DNA of 52,413 nucleotides, filler included, from Jimgerdemannia flammicorona (Eukaryota): the NCBI GenBank assembly GCA_003990765.1. It is 2 parts of 2 records of this genome, joined end to end, with 100 filler letters (N's around TTAATTAATTAA, not from the genome) between each part and the next. Parts side by side here need not be neighbours in the genome. Positions count along the whole stretch, not along the records: positions 1 to 26,158 come from RBNJ01000754.1; 1 more part is not named here. The stretch is one strand, 5' to 3'. Of the stretch, positions 1 through 12,012 are shown in pieces (the stretch's first letter is position 1; each line of letters begins with the position of its first letter). Under the pieces are notes generated by a model that was not told where the DNA came from, did not search any database, and saw nothing but the letters and a program-made list of their open reading frames with translations. The position numbers were made by a program, and so were the translations under genes.

Positions 1-177
1 TTCCTTACAAGCAATCTAAGAGATAACAAGACAGTTAAAGATAAGAAGTTTGAGGACTATAAGACCTTGGGAAGGCACTCCAATAAGAACTTGCTTATAA
101 CAACTTGAGTTAGTCTAAGAGATATACCTTGAAGAGAATCTGGCATATTTGAAGGACTCAGCGACCACTACGTGACA
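1..177 (+). mobile_element. 3' end of an LTR (family B), cut by the window start
   Basis: Aligns closely with 38171-38350; both copies end at the same point in ...GTGACA (LTR-type CA terminus) and diverge immediately after. Confidence 0.8.
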
Positions 178-1134
178 ATATATAACATTAATGTTCGAAC
201 ATAGCAGTATCAGGAAATCAGGGCTTGATAATAAAAAGTTGATTGATGAAATCTGGGTCATAAAATACATTTATATGGTTGCTGATATAATGCTTTCAGA
301 AAGTTGCATCTTATTCCTACAGTTTGCGCCCTGTAACTCGACTAATTTGTAATGAACTCCACTCGTTTATCCTCCTATGGAATTTATGAGCTGCTTTCAT
401 AATAATATTGTGCAAGCACATGGCAGAAAGGGCCCATGGATGTAAGATCTCCGAGATTTCGTGGTGACTTGCATGTGCCTGCTGCGGCTTCATCACCCGC
501 CCACATGCTAAATCTAGGCCGATGTGGGTTGCTATAATTGGCTTGGGAGGTAAAGCTCACACGAGCACGAGGAATAAACATTAGGCAGAACATATTTGTA
601 CGGAGAGCATCCAAACCTTCCACGGGGCCGGCCCCGCTGCACGCTCCTAACTATTACGTCAATCCTGTCCAAGGACCAGCTGCATAAGGATCGTCGGTAG
701 GATCGGGTATGTGATGACTGCGTTTGAGGCTGGATACCCTCTTTGCTAGATGGTGGAGGATACCCTTTCGTCACTGTACATACGTCACATCTTTCGAGCG
801 CTTCATTCATTTCCGTTGCTTCCAGTTTCAACCAGGAATACATATTAGAAAAACAAGTTCGATTGCACAAAATCCGGGTCCCAGCTTCGAATTTATATCT
901 ATGCGAAATTACTTTAACGGAGCTTTATTCTTGACAAAAGAATCATGCTCGACTTTCGAAGTTCGTGAAAATGAGCCACAAAACGTGTATAATCCAATAA
1001 TTGTCGTTTATATAAAATAAAATCAGATGAATAATGAACCCAAAAAAGAAAGTGCGCGTGAAGAGCGAATAACTCTAACGACAATAAACAACGACGAAAA
1101 GGGGAATAGAACGAAAAAATACCATGAATACATT

Positions 1135-2579
1135 TTAGAAGCACAACACATCGCACATGTCCACAACCCTTTTAATTGTGATCCTATCACCTTCCCATTT
1201 AATGTTTGCGACACCCGGTGATATGGTCATAAAAATTGTCAGATCTTCTTCCGCCGAGGATAGCGAATCAACATTGTTGTACAGATCGTCCCGAAATTTG
1301 ATAGCACCAAGCTCTTTAATTCCTTCGGCTCGTTCGGTATTGCGGATACTTTGATCGCTTGCGGAACCCGCAAAGAACATCACCATCTCGCCATTTCCCA
1401 TCACCTCCATTTGCAGCTGAGCATGGATGCAGAGATACACTAGTAATCGTATGCTCGACCGAGATTGCCGTACGCTTTTCTCGTTGCCAAATCTAGAAAG
1501 GGTCTCGATTACTGAATCGGTCTTAGCGTCCAAGAACGAGAGCAGATTCTCCCGGATGGTATGCGCGTTGTCCGGCAGATCGGAAAATGGATCGTAGTTA
1601 ACGTCTGCCTGGAATTTATCTTCGACGTTCATTGGCTCGGGGATTTTGTTCAGCAGAAGGCTCGAAAATTCGGATCCCACACGCACCACCAGCATAGCAA
1701 TTTTCGATGACTTGCTCAGCTTCGAATCCAACGCTTGAATCTCATCAAAGATTGTATCGTGTGTGGCGAAGACTTTGTCGGCTGGTCGTAGAGAGATTGG
1801 GTCGTTAAGAAGAACGGTATTCCAGATGGTAGCCAACTGACTACTGATTCCATGCCTAACAACGCGTTTCAGGACGGATTTGCTGGGTTGTGTGCCGGAA
1901 AAGCTGTTCACTCGCTCGTTATACCATTGGTAGATATTTTCGTAACGTAGTGTTTTCTGTTTAATCATGCTCTCAATAATTTTCACTGTCGTCTGAGATA
2001 TCTTCATCAGAATATCTTTGAACGTGACAGGGTTAGCACCATTCATTGCGAAGACCCCGCTGTTGCTGACGGATCCATCTCGATAAAGGCTCCTTTCGAG
2101 TTGAACTTGCTTCTCCAAGTCTATAATCTTCCTCACCATCGTCGTTCCTTGGTTCTTCCTATCTTCAATTTCATTAATATACTTGTCCTTATCATCGCGC
2201 TGGCGCTGAAGTTCATACTTGAGTTCCGCGATTTGCCGTTTTAGCTGTTCAAGCTCCTTATTTTTTCGTTCTAACTCTTCGCGTAGCGTCTCAAGTTCCG
2301 AATGTATCCTTTCCGTGGTGGTCTTGGAATTGTCGGATTGTGTGTTGTTTTCCCGGGGATATACTACACTATTGGTTTGGTGCCCATGATCGCTGGTTGG
2401 CGCCGTGGTGTCACGACTGGCTTGTCGAGGTGATATAAACTTTTTAAGTATCCGCCGAAACTGTGGTGAAGAGTGGTCATCATGAGCGTTAATACGGTTC
2501 GGAGGGTGAACGAAAGCCTATTGATCTTAGCAGCTGGACTTACGTATTGCCATAATGATAATAGGGATGCGCATCGCAT
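1135..2579 (-). CDS. Coiled-coil protein with putative GrpE/Mieap-like C-terminal domain, copy A1 (~453 aa; exons 2579-2544, 2460-1135)
   Basis: The frame of the 334-aa ORF stays open upstream to 2517 and encodes heptad-rich ELETLREELERKNKELEQLKRQIAELKYELQRQ. An 83-nt GTAAG...CCACAG phase-0 intron joins it to the ATG at 2579; the same ATG context (ctactgaaATG) and intron occur in copy A2. The family assignment is inference from the terminal motif pattern. Confidence 0.85.
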
Positions 2580-3686
2580 TTCAGTAGGTTGTAGACGAAA
2601 AATTTTAGACCGCAGTGAGAAACGAGGTCTATGCCAATATGCCAGTAATTATTTGACGAGGTGTCATGCAGGTGTGTTTTGTTGACCAAATTATCTAGGC
2701 GCTTGCTGAAAGGGCCAACAAACATCGGAATTTGGTGGGGACACCGACATAAAAGGCATGTTCACCCATCGGGGCGCGCAAAAAGCACGGCGGGCGGAGT
2801 TGGACCTTGTAATCCCATTGGTGGTCATCTCCAAAAGTTCTGAACCCTCGCCGACATCTCCGACATATGTACACAAGCGAAACCGACAGGGAAAGAGACC
2901 AATGTATTTAGGGAGAGTGCGAAACGTGATGAAGCTGCTAGTTGCGATGTTTGCAAACAGAGCGAAGAGAAAGGAATAGTCGATCTGACAATTTGAAAAA
3001 GAGGTTACACGGCATTTGATTTAAAACCTTTGACAACAAACCGCAGCAGGACCCATGTCAATAGGACTCCATAGAAATTGTGGCTGCAAGCAGGTTTGTG
3101 AAGTTCCAAGCTCTGGTATTCGCAAGACCTGGTTTCGAGGCTCGTGGGCTGGATGACATCGATCGTAAATGCTCTTGTTGGACTCGTTAAATAGAAGGGA
3201 AACAACACATCACCGGTGGAGATGTGATGAACACAAGACAACTGTGCGCTAAGCTAGCTTGGGAGACGTAAACAAATGTGGGAAAGATTATATTGACAAG
3301 GACCAGTGCATACAAATAACCGGCGTTCAGGTCCCTCCCGATTGGGCCCTGAGGCACCAATGTTCCTGATTACATATTTCGCCGATATGTCCTTCGTAAT
3401 GATATATTTTTTAACTTTGACTAGTAGGGATCACCATGGATGGCTTCCGGAAACCCGCACCCGGAACAGGCACATATAATTTGTCCGGAGAAATGTATCC
3501 TCAGGACATCATTCTGTTCCGCACGTCGATGGGCTCACGTACGTAGTAACTATGTTGCGCACAGCACGTCATACTATTGCTTATTTCCTTCAACATCAAA
3601 AAACACCCCCAAGTTGCGATTAAGATAGATCCATTTATCTGTTACGTGCTAAGGCCTCCGTTTGTCATAATCAATCCGACTCCGAC
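2580..3686. promoter_or_regulatory. Putative bidirectional promoter between A1 and B1
   Basis: ~1.1 kb between divergent ATGs (2579 -, 3687 +), alignable with 11079-12012. No specific sites identified. Confidence 0.55.
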
Positions 3687-6600
3687 ATGTCATTCTTTGC
3701 ATCGTCGTCTGGGGCAAATAAAATGCCGGTAAAATTCGATGATAGCCCACGCGCTATCGTCGCGATTGACTTCGGAACCTCTCATTCCGGTTATGCTATG
3801 GTGAGTTTTACTATGGTTGACTTAATCCCGAATCCTTTGTCATTCTACATTATTTGAATATTTCGTATTCTGATCCGAGAATCATCCATCATACTCGCGC
3901 TCACAAATTATTAGATGCATGTCGCAGACACCGATGTCGATGCGCGTTATGACTGGGATGATGCACCTCAGCCATACTGCAAAAATCTCACATCTATTCT
4001 TTACAAGTATGATCCAAGTACCGCAAATCCCTCCGTCGAAAATTGGGGGTACACTGGTACGAGTTGTTTCCATCCTTGATCTCCCCGAAGAAAAAAAATA
4101 AAAATAAAATTACTCACAGACTTTTTGCACATCTCTACCGTCCATGTAATGCTATGCAGCAAAAAAAATAGCAATGAGGAATATCTCCAACGCCAATCAT
4201 CAATACATCGATCGCTTCAAGCTCTATTTGGACGAGAAAGTCACAGATCTGCCAGCACTTCCCGCAGGAAGAACCGCATTGGAAGTGATTGCAGACCTTC
4301 TGCGAAACTTGTACGTCATGATTCTTTCAGACATTGAGGCCAAATGGGGTGGCACAATAGGCGCCGATAACATCATTTGGTTTTTAACCGTACCCGCGAT
4401 GTGGACGGAGAAAGCGAAGCAAGGCATGAGGGAGGCCGCAGCCATGGCGGGGCTGGTAAGCTATTTTATTGCGCGTGACATGGTCTTGAAGGTTTATCAA
4501 GCAGATTCTATATTTAATAATGTATATACATAATACACTCTCATGACCTTCAATGCATTAAGGTTCCGAAACCCTACGAAAACAGCCTCAAGCGACTGAA
4601 AATCGTATTGGAGCCGGAGGCCGCAGCAATGGCATGTTGTCAACAATCGGAACAGTTTTCACTTGTACCTGGAGAAACATTCATGATTGTTGATGCTGGT
4701 GGGGGAACAGTTGATTTGGTGAGAATGGTTTACTATGTTTCTTTAGAATCATGAGTCGAACGAGCCTCTCCTTATTACCAGTTATCCCTCTTCTCTATCA
4801 AAGACTGTCCACGAAATTCTTCACGATCCGAATACCAACATTGAGTCGCTACGGGAGATTTCTCGTGGGCACGGCAAATCGTGTGGATCTACATTTGTTG
4901 ATGAAGAATTTCTCAAATTTTTCAAAGGAAAACTTGGGGCAGATAATGTTGAAAATTTTCGTGCGTCGAACATATCAGCTTGGTTTAAAATAATGAAAGA
5001 GTGGGAAGGTCTCAAGGTATGGGAGCACTTCAAAGTATTTTATTTATATACGCTCGTAGTAAAGGTATAGGGCGATTGGTTGTTTAATTTCAATTTCACT
5101 TATACCGTTTCCCCTCTAACCTCAAACAGTGTAGTTTTAAAGGGAGTGAAGACCAAGAGGAGTATACTATTGAACTTCCATCCATGTTGCGTAAAATCCT
5201 ACCCAGAAAAAAAAAAGATGTCGTCAGCTACGAATCCGGGAATGAAGATGACGAAGATGGCGAAGACGACGACAAAATCACTATAACCGCAGCAGATTTT
5301 CGTAGAATGTTTGATCCAGTTATCAATGACGTGCTAACACTTGTGGAAAGCCAGCTACAAGATGCTTGCCATGCGCTCGATATAGAGCGACAGGAAATTC
5401 TGCCAAGACCAACATCATATCCGTCGGTGCGAGTGTGATTGATAAGATGTTCTTTGTTGGCGGATTCTCGAACAGCCCATACTTGTGGAAAAAAGCCAAA
5501 GAGAAATTCGGTTCCCGTGTAAAACTGTTCCGGCCCAGTGACCCTGGCAGTGCTGTTGTTAAAGGAGCTGCGTGGTGCGGCAGATTTCCACGGTATGTTA
5601 TTGAGTTGCTCATAATTAGCATAAGCTAACATTGAACATTGATTGGCAATCTCATCAGCTGCTAACCCCAAACGTGACATTATTTAAAAAAATAGATTTA
5701 TCAGTAGTCGCCGTAGCCGACTCACTTATGGTATCAAAACCTCCGGGCCTTGGACTCCCGATAACCCAGCTGGGGAATCGGCAAAAATATGGAACGAGGT
5801 TCGTAATTTCTAGGTTCCATATACTTTGGAACTTATATGGCTTATATCATTATGGAAACTTGATATCAGCGCATAAAACGTCAGAGAACTCAAAATAAAC
5901 ATGTATAGCTAATATGATTTAACTTATGATGTGGTATTCCAGGATGAACAGATGGACTATGCAGATAATTTATTCCATGTCATAGTAAACATAAATCAAG
6001 AGGTGGGAATCAAGGAGGTTATTTCAACTCCGTAAGTATATATATACCCTATATAATTTCTGAACTTTGTTTGCTGTGACCCTTCTGATGGCCAGATTTC
6101 TACTCATTTGTGCCGAAACAGGTTTATTCCGGTCAATTCGGATCAAGATTTCGCTGAATTGGAACTATACACAACTGATTTACCGAACGAAACGTACATG
6201 ATCCCTTCCATGAAACTTGGGCCAACGTTAAAGGTGCCACTTACCACAACCGCCATTGAAAATTCGCTCCCTTTGAGAATCCAATTTGTTCAAGATGTGA
6301 GTGGCAGTATGGATGGTGAAAAGCTTCTTGCATGCAAGGACGGGCTTAAAGTAATTAGCCGAAAATTTGCAAACGAAGTCGATGAAGTTGGTCTGATCAA
6401 ATTTGGACCCGCTGTTGAGATCGTCAGGTATTTGCAATATACCGAATGGTTCATGTCATTTGAATTCAATTTTACCAATCTTAATAATGCTCGGCTCTTA
6501 CGTATTTCGATACATTATCAACTAGCGCGATTCAACCGCATTCAACTAACATTGAAAACGAGATCGATAGTCTTTGCGTCGGTGGTATGACCGCTTTGTA

Positions 6601-7078
6601 CGACGGCATCGTTAAAGGAGTCCAAATTCTCAAGGAACGTGAAGAAATCTCCGGGCAGTCAGAAACAAAGAACATCCTTCTGGTCTGCACGGATGGAGCA
6701 GAGAACTACTCCAAAACCAAATTTTCTGAGATCGAAGCTCTGCTCAAAGACCCAGGTATCTCCAACTTCAAAACGATACTTGCCATTGCTGGGGACGTGA
6801 ACACAAACGCTGCGCTCCATCAGCTATGCACTTCGGACGAGTGCAAAGCATATTGCGAAGTCATTCATGTCCGCGATTCCGGAGATGGTATCAAGGAGGC
6901 ATTCAGGGCGATGGATAAAAAAGTGCAGCTGCTCAAATCCCGTCATTTGCTCGAAGGCAAAGCCATCAGGTTAGATATGGAATTTGGGGGAACACATATT
7001 GAGGCAGAGGCCTTCGTTAAGGCATCTGGGGCGAGGAAAACCATTACGATGGATTTTTATGCAAAGAGATCCGAGTAA
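3687..7078 (+). pseudogene. HSPA12-like Hsp70 with inserted VWA domain, copy B1, 1-nt frameshift in exon 6 (pseudogene or sequence error); exons 3687-3800, 3915-4056, 4160-4455, 4563-4718, 4804-5016, 5130-5592, 5696-5798, 5943-6031, 6122-6427, 6526-7078
   Basis: Hsp70 motifs [64 protein letters not shown] motifs DVSGSM, GGMTALYDG, VCTDGAEN; all introns GT-AG. Spliced length 2435 nt is not divisible by 3: CAG-GAAAT-TCT (5391-5401) versus CAG-GGACAA-TCT in B2 leads to TGA at 5436-5438. Confidence 0.85.
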
Positions 7079-9010
7079 TTTGCTTTCGACCTACTGCTCA
7101 TTTCGTTTTGCGCTCGACGGTATTCTGATTCGCATGGTTTTGATACCATTTTTTTTTATTTTGCGGGATAACATAACTCAGGAATTCATTGACATATTAT
7201 TGCTTTGGCCGAAATTAAATAACCACTCAATATTGGTCCTTTGGCAATAAATGTTGAAAGATGTTTGACGGAAATAAATATGGTCATTGTGTTATTGTCG
7301 AAAATTGGCGTCGTTATGACGAACTGATATTATGTTTAAACACATCGAGTGCCTAAATATAATTATTAACGTAGTTCAAATTTCGGCAAGGCCAAGTCAA
7401 TTCAGTTTAGTTTCAATCGCTTCAAGTCAATCTCCTAGCACATAACCTCTTATTTCGTAGCGATTAGTCGTTAGCAATTTCGTATCTACAAGCGGTTTTA
7501 CGCATCCCTCCCGCCCATCCCTCTTGGTCTCGAGGTGTAAAAAAACGACACCTTCGCATATGAACGCGAATGGGGGGCCTTGGTTCCATATAGCCAAACC
7601 CATCGGGTGACATTTGCGACTCGAACTTTACGCGAAGGGGCGTTTTCGCGCGACATTTATTTCTACATTCTATACAACTCAAACTTTTATGCGAAAGGAC
7701 ACTTTGTTGCTAATAAATTTTTTATCCTCGACTTTCTCCAGTATTTTGACAACACCTCAGAGACATAGTATACAGGACACTTTAGTTATGGATGTAGCGT
7801 AGTTTGGGAGCAGATGGGCCTTTGATTATGTTTGGATTAAAATCTGCGAAGATATATTATATACAATGATAACGAATTTGACTATTTTCGGGACGAAAAC
7901 TACACGTTTCGAACCATTAGCACAGTTCGTTCAACCAGATACAAATCAAATCCTGGTATGTTGTCATTAACACAAATATATACTGCATCTCTGTGGCAAT
8001 ATTTGGACATACAGCCTGAGCGTTTTCTCCGAGAATCGCAAGTGCAATTCCGTCAGTTGCGATTAATATTGTGCCACTCGCGAAAGCATTAAATGGGCCC
8101 AAACCATTCCAAACCATCCCTCGACCGCCGTACCCTGTTACTGTTAGTTTCAGATCCAGCTGACGGTCTAACTATCGTCAGTATGTTGTCTCAATTAGAT
8201 ATCAATATATATAATACTCCAGCGCTGTGGTCTGGCTCTTTCTGGGGAAGTATATACGACTACAAGTTCGTTCTCCGGAAATTGGACAGTGCTTGGCTGA
8301 CATCTGATCGGCGAGCATTATAACTAGCTATTCATACTAGCCACTATTTCGTTGGCGATATTCTGTTCGCTTTGGCAAAATCCCTATTTGCTCTACTCTT
8401 TTTTTTTTTTTTTTTTCCAGCACTTATGCCCATGCCTGTGTGGAAGTAACAATGGTTTTTGCATCGCACTTCAACTAAGACGCCACAGCAGTATCAGGAA
8501 ATCAGGGCTTGATAATAATAAAGTTAATTGATGAAATCTGGGTCGTAAAATAAATTTATAAGGTTGCTGATATAATGCTTTCAGAAAGTTGCTTCGCAAT
8601 TATATCTTATTCTTACGGTTTGCGCCGTGTAACTCGACTAATTTGTAAATGAACTCTACTCCTATAGAATTTATGCTCGTATCGAGTTGCTTTCATAATA
8701 ATATTGTGCAAGCACATGGCAGGAAGGGTCCATAGATGTAAGATCTCCGAGATTCGTGGGCGACTTGCATGTGCCTGCTGCGGCGTCATCACTGCTATAA
8801 TTGGCTTGGGAGGTAAAGCTCACACGAGCACGCGGAATAAACATTAGGCAGAACATATTCGCCAAAACCATGTATATACGGAAAGCACCACCTGAGCATC
8901 CAAAACCGATACTCTATATCTTCCACGGGGTCGCTGCCTGCGCCTAACTATTACGTCAAGGACCTGCCAAATTCTAGGTTTGAGGAAATTTTATGACCGT
9001 TCGGTATTCC

Positions 9011-9150
9011 ATGCTAGATAGGAACGAATAGTGGAGGATATCTCTTATACTAGATAGGAACAAATGGTGGAGGATACTCTTATGCTAGATAGGAACGAAC
9101 GGTGGAGGATACTCTCTTATACTGGATAGGAACGAATGGTGGAGGATACC
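9011..9150. repeat. Minisatellite, 4 copies of a ~35-nt unit (consensus ~TGCTAGATAGGAACGAATGGTGGAGGATACTCTCTTA)
   Basis: Four adjacent imperfect copies with no spacers; unit 1 has only one shortened copy at ~743-770. Confidence 0.9.
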
Positions 9151-9564
9151 CTTTGCTACTGTACATACGTCACTTTTTTCGAGCGCTTCATTCATCCCCG
9201 TTGCTTCTGGTTCCCCCATAGACCGAGGAACACCAAAGGGCCGGTACTCTCCTCCCAACCAGGAATACATATTGGAAAAACATGTTCGATTGCGTAAAAT
9301 CCCAGTCCCAGTTTTGAATTTATATATATATATATGCGAAATTACGTTAACGGGGCTTTTTTTTCTTGACAAATCGACTTTCGAAGTTCTTGAGAATGAT
9401 GGGAACTGAGCACGGCAGAGCCCATTCAAAAATTGTCGTCTATATATAAAATAAAATTAGATGAATAAAAACCCAAAAGTAGTGCACATGAAGAGCGATA
9501 ACTCTAGCAATAATAAACGACTACGAAAAAGGGGAACGAATGAAAAAAATACCATGTATATATT

Positions 9565-11078
9565 TTAGAAGCACAACACATCGCATTTGTTCTCAATCTG
9601 ATCACCAATTGTGACCCTATCACCTTCCCATTTGATGTTCGCGACGCCCGGTGAGATGGTCATACAAACTGTCAGATCTTCTTCCGCCGAGGATAGCGAA
9701 TCAACTATGTTGTATAGATCGTTCCGAAATCTAATGGCATCAAGCTCTTTAACTCCTTCGGTTCGTTCGACGTTCCGGATACTTTGATCGCTTGCGGTAC
9801 CCGCAAAGAACACCACCATCTCGCCATTTCCCATCACCTCCATTTGCAGCCGAGCATGGATGCAGAGATACACCAGGAATCGTACGCTCGACCGAGATTG
9901 CCGTACGCTTTCCTCGTTGCCAAATATAGCAAGGGTCTCGGTTACTGAATCGGTCTTAGCATCCAAGAACGAGAGCAGATCCTTCCGGATGTTAAACGTT
10001 TTGTATGACAGATCGGAAAACGGATCGTATTTGACGGCTGCATGGAATTTATTTTCGACGTTCATTGGCTCGGGGATTTTCTTCAGTAGAAGGCTTGCAA
10101 ATTCGGATCCCACACGCGCCACCAGCATAGCAATCTTCGATGACTTGCTCGGCTTTAAGTCCAACGCTTGAATCTCATCAAAGATTGTATCGTGTGTGAC
10201 GAAGACTTTGTCGGCTGGTCGTAGAGTGATTGGGTCGTTAAGAAGAACGGTATTCCAGATGGTAGCCAACTGACTGCTGATTCCATGCTGAACAACGCGT
10301 TTCAGGACGGATTTTTTAAGTCGTGTGTTCTCAGAGTTGGAAAAGCTGTTCACTCGCTCGTTATACCATTTGTTGATATTTTCGTAACGTAGTCCCTTCT
10401 GTTCACTCATGCCCTCGATAATTTTCACCCTTATCAGAGATATCTTCTTCCAAGTCTTTGCGAACCTCTCAGGGTTAGCACCATCCATTACGAACAGCCC
10501 GCTCTTTTGTTCGCTGACGTATCCATCTTGAGTTGGTGGGCAAAGGCTCCTTTCGAGTTGAATTTTCTTCTCCAAGTCTCCCATCCTCCCCGCCATCGCC
10601 GTTTTTTCTTTAGTATACTTGTCCTTCTGACGCTGAAGTTCGTTCGTGAGGTCCGCGACTTTCCGTTCCCATGCTTTAACCGTGTCTTTTAGCTGTTCAT
10701 GAAACTTCTCCTGGTGTTCGAGTTCATCCTTGTGTTTGATATTGGTTTGTTCTAACTCTTCGCGTAGTGTCTCAAGTTCCGAATTCAACTTTTCCACGGT
10801 AGTCTTGAGATCGTCGGACCGTGTGTTGTTTTCCCAGTGATGTAGAACTTCCAGCTCGGTGCCCACAGTTGCACTATTAGTTTGGTGCCCATTATCACTA
10901 GTTGGCACCGCGGTGTAACGATTGTCTTGTCGTGGTACGGATTTCTTAAGTACCCGCAGAATCTGCGGTGAAGAGTGGTCATCATAAGCGTTAATACGGT
11001 TCAGAGGGTGAACGAAGGCCTATTGATCTTGGCGGTTGGACTTACGTTTTGACATAATTGGGATGTGGAAGGTGGCAT
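9565..11078 (-). CDS. Coiled-coil protein with putative GrpE/Mieap-like C-terminal domain, copy A2 (~476 aa; exons 11078-11046, 10962-9565)
   Basis: The 447-aa ORF frame is open upstream to 11019. Exon 1 MPPSTSQLCQN joins through an 83-nt GTAAG...CCGCAG phase-0 intron. Long N-terminal heptad region; clear paralogue of A1. Confidence 0.85.
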
Positions 11079-12012
11079 TTCAGTAGGCTGTAGACGTTAT
11101 TCCTCCGAAATTTTTTAGATCGCAGTGAGAAACGGCGTTTTGTTGTCAATTTAAGACCAAAGTATCTGGGTGCTTGCTGAAAAGGTCAACAAACATCGGG
11201 ACACCGACATAAAAGGCATGGTTACTCATCGGGGCACGCAAAGAGCACGGCGGGCAGAGTCGGACCACAACCCTCGTGATCACCGATCCCGATTCATCCA
11301 AAAGCGGTTTCCTCATGCATCAAATCTCTGAACCCTCGCTGATATCTCCAACATATTTACACGTTTGATAGTGGTTTATTGGGATATCGCAGCAAGCGAA
11401 CCCGACAGGGAAAGTGACCGATGTATATATATAGGGAGAAAGAGGTTACACAGGATTTGATCTAACTTAAAACATTTGACAACAGGCCGCAGCACCCCAA
11501 GTTTCGGGGGAGAACTCATGTCAATAGACTCCATGGAAATTGTGGTTTTGCGAAGCTCTAGGCTCTAGTATTCACAAGGCCTGGTTTCGAGGCTCGTGAG
11601 CTGAGTGACATCGATCGTAAATGCTGGACTCACTGAAATGAAGGGAAAAAACACATTGCCGGTGAAGATGTGAACACAAAGCAACTGTGCGCTAAGCTAG
11701 CTTGGGAAACGTAAATAAATGTGGGAAAGATTAAGTAAACGGCGTTCAGGTCCCTCCCGATTGAGCCAGCGTTCCTGATTACATATTTCGCTGATATGTC
11801 CGTCGTAATGATAGGGATCGCCACGGATGGCCCGCATGCACATATAATTTGTCCGGAGAAATTTATCATCGACTTGAGGTCTCTGTTCCGCACGTCGACG
11901 AACTCACGTACGTAGTACCTATGTTGCGCACAGCACTTATTTCCTTCAAGATAAATCCATCAATCTGTTAAGTGCAAAAGCCTCCGTTTTTCAGAATCAA
12001 TCCGACTCCAAC
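11079..12012. promoter_or_regulatory. Putative bidirectional promoter between A2 and B2
   Basis: ~0.93 kb between divergent ATGs; homologous to 2580-3686. Confidence 0.55.

Larger units (their letters stand above)
203..8097. repeat. Tandem segmental duplication, unit 1 (coiled-coil gene + Hsp70-VWA gene + flanks)
   Basis: Colinear homology to 8487-15950, from AGCAGTATCAGGAAATCAGGGCTTG (203 / 8487) to CATTAAATGGG (8097 / 15950), covering introns and intergenic DNA. Confidence 0.95.

Noticed and set aside
384..1020. Short ORFs, one echoed at 8671-8871 (MFCLMFIPRARV...)
   Set aside because: Similarity is explained by the duplication; starts differ, indels disturb the region and no motif is recognisable.
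6108..7078. VWA ORFs as stand-alone genes or a bacterial TerY-type operon
   Set aside because: GT-AG introns join them in frame to the Hsp70 exons in both copies, and the HSPA12-type tail follows the VWA.
9011..9150. CRISPR-like array of ~35-nt repeats
   Set aside because: Repeats are contiguous with no unique spacers, no cas genes, eukaryotic context.
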